This document shows, one piece after another, positions 62,914 through 64,000 of a DNA stretch of 64,000 bases. Every line of letters begins with the position of its first letter. The stretch's first letter is position 1. Source of the stretch: Guillardia theta CCMP2712 (lineage: Eukaryota; Protista; Cryptophyta); the NCBI RefSeq assembly GCF_000315625.1, contig NW_005434645.1, positions 21,413 to 85,412 of the forward strand, read 5' to 3'. The notes under the pieces are model-generated. The model worked only from the letters and a program-made list of their open reading frames with translations, was not told the DNA's origin and did not search any database. Position numbers and translations under genes: made by a program.

Positions 62914-64000
62914 ATGGCAGCGCTGTTGTTGGTGCTCCTGATGGCAGCGTCAGAGGTCGGCGGCTTCATGCATGCAGGAGGAGGATGGAAACTTCCTAGA
63001 ATCAGTGCTAGATCCTCCTCCTGTTCACCCCAGGGACATTCAGCTCATTTTGGTGATGCGGTAGCTTCTTTGCGCCAGGCGCGCAGCAGGAGGGTGAAGG
63101 GGGTTGTGTGGAGCTGTGCCACATCGGCAGCAGAAGTGTCGTCCATGAAGGTCTCAGAGATCAAGGACGAGCTCTTCAGGAGAGGAATCTCGTTCCAAGG
63201 GCTGTTCGAGAAAGAAGAGCTAGTCAGAGCTCTGGTCAAGGCACGAGCCGAACAAACCTCGGACCTGGACTCCTTGGACGTGCTCAAGGACCTCGGGGGC
63301 ACCGTTGTGCCCATGAAGAGGACAAGGGCGAGAGAGAACAGCCTTGGGTCGGAGGTTCGGGTGGATGAGAAGGACTACTTCTCTATCGCTGTGTCACTTC
63401 CTGAACTCAAAGTCAGCAGAGCCGAGTTTGTCATCGACACCGCGTCCACCCTCTCCATCGTCGTCCCGAGTTTCGCGAGGACGACGCAGGCGCAGGCCAC
63501 AGGGAGGACAGCCTCTGTCAACGCAGCAACGGCAGGAGGGCAGCAGCTCAGCCAGGTCAGCCTGGGAAGGACTGAGATCAACGTCGGAGGGAGCAGAGTT
63601 GAATGTGGGAGGTTGGAACCGATCGTGATGGATCTTCCTGTGAAGGACGGGGTGGCAGGACTGCTGGGGGTCGACTTCCTGCTCAGGTTCGACGCCCTCT
63701 TCGATCTCAAGGAAGAGCGAGTCGCGCTCGCCCGGCCCAACACGATCGTGTCGGGCGCCTTGGGGCAGCAAGGCGCGCTCAGGGCGATGGAGCGGGCAGG
63801 GCTGGTAGAGGTTCCCATGTTCTTCCTGCCTCCTCCTGCAGGCTTCTATGTCGTCAAGGTGAAAATTGAGGTGGAAGGAAGAAGCTCTCCCGTCATGTCA
63901 GCGGTGGTCGACATGGGGTCGACCTTCACAGTCATCAACACACCAGCAGCGCGATCGGTCGGGGTGGACGAGGGAAGCCCGGTGAGTCGGCAAGAACCTG
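62914..64000 (+). CDS. Probably plastid-targeted protein with HeH/SAP-like motif and two retropepsin-like aspartic protease domains (runs off the window)
   Basis: Open frame from ATG 62914 to the window end: MAALLLVLLMAASEVGG-F, MKVSEIKDELFRRGISFQGLFEKEELVRAL, FVIDTASTLSIV...GLLGVDFLLRF, AVVDMGSTFTVIN. Confidence 0.8.
   Translation, partial: MAALLLVLLMAASEVGGFMHAGGGWKLPRISARSSSCSPQGHSAHFGDAVASLRQARSRRVKGVVWSCATSAAEVSSMKVSEIKDELFRRGISFQGLFEKEELVRALVKARAEQTSDLDSLDVLKDLGGTVVPMKRTRARENSLGSEVRVDEKDYFSIAVSLPELKVSRAEFVIDTASTLSIVVPSFARTTQAQATGRTASVNAATAGGQQLSQVSLGRTEINVGGSRVECGRLEPIVMDLPVKDGVAGLLGVDFLLRFDALFDLKEERVALARPNTIVSGALGQQGALRAMERAGLVEVPMFFLPPPAGFYVVKVKIEVEGRSSPVMSAVVDMGSTFTVINTPAARSVGVDEGSPVSRQEP

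Noticed and set aside
63420-64000. LTR retrotransposon protease
   Set aside because: It has a targeting presequence and a tandem protease layout, with no gag or LTR upstream.

Overview
Eukaryotic nuclear DNA, probably a cryptophyte alga such as Guillardia. This is inferred from the many ~45-55 nt spliceosomal introns, microsatellite-filled longer introns, and signal peptides followed by Phe. The window holds about 19 protein-coding genes and two N gaps. The dominant feature is a ~10.6 kb minus-strand gene for a ~3,300-aa soluble hybrid histidine kinase: 15 tandem PAS domains, HisKA and HATPase, then 7 receiver domains, the last of OmpR/RpaB type. Other genes: DEAD-box helicase 3' end, sulfurtransferase, ankyrin-like protein, alpha/beta hydrolase, a degenerate phosphoesterase-TraB fusion, PDZ protein, Rim2-like mitochondrial carrier, 2OG-Fe(II) oxygenase, SPEF1-like CH protein, SLU7 lacking its zinc knuckle, ARM protein, SICKLE/TTDN1-like protein, coiled-coil protein, TPR-RCC1-filamin protein, secreted laminin-IV protein, DUF4203-like membrane protein, an unknown membrane protein, and a double retropepsin. 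Also noted: candidate GA-AG introns, two single-base frameshifts in otherwise intact genes, strand-oriented G-rich upstream tracts, and a MITE-like element. All calls come from reading motifs by eye; no searches were run.
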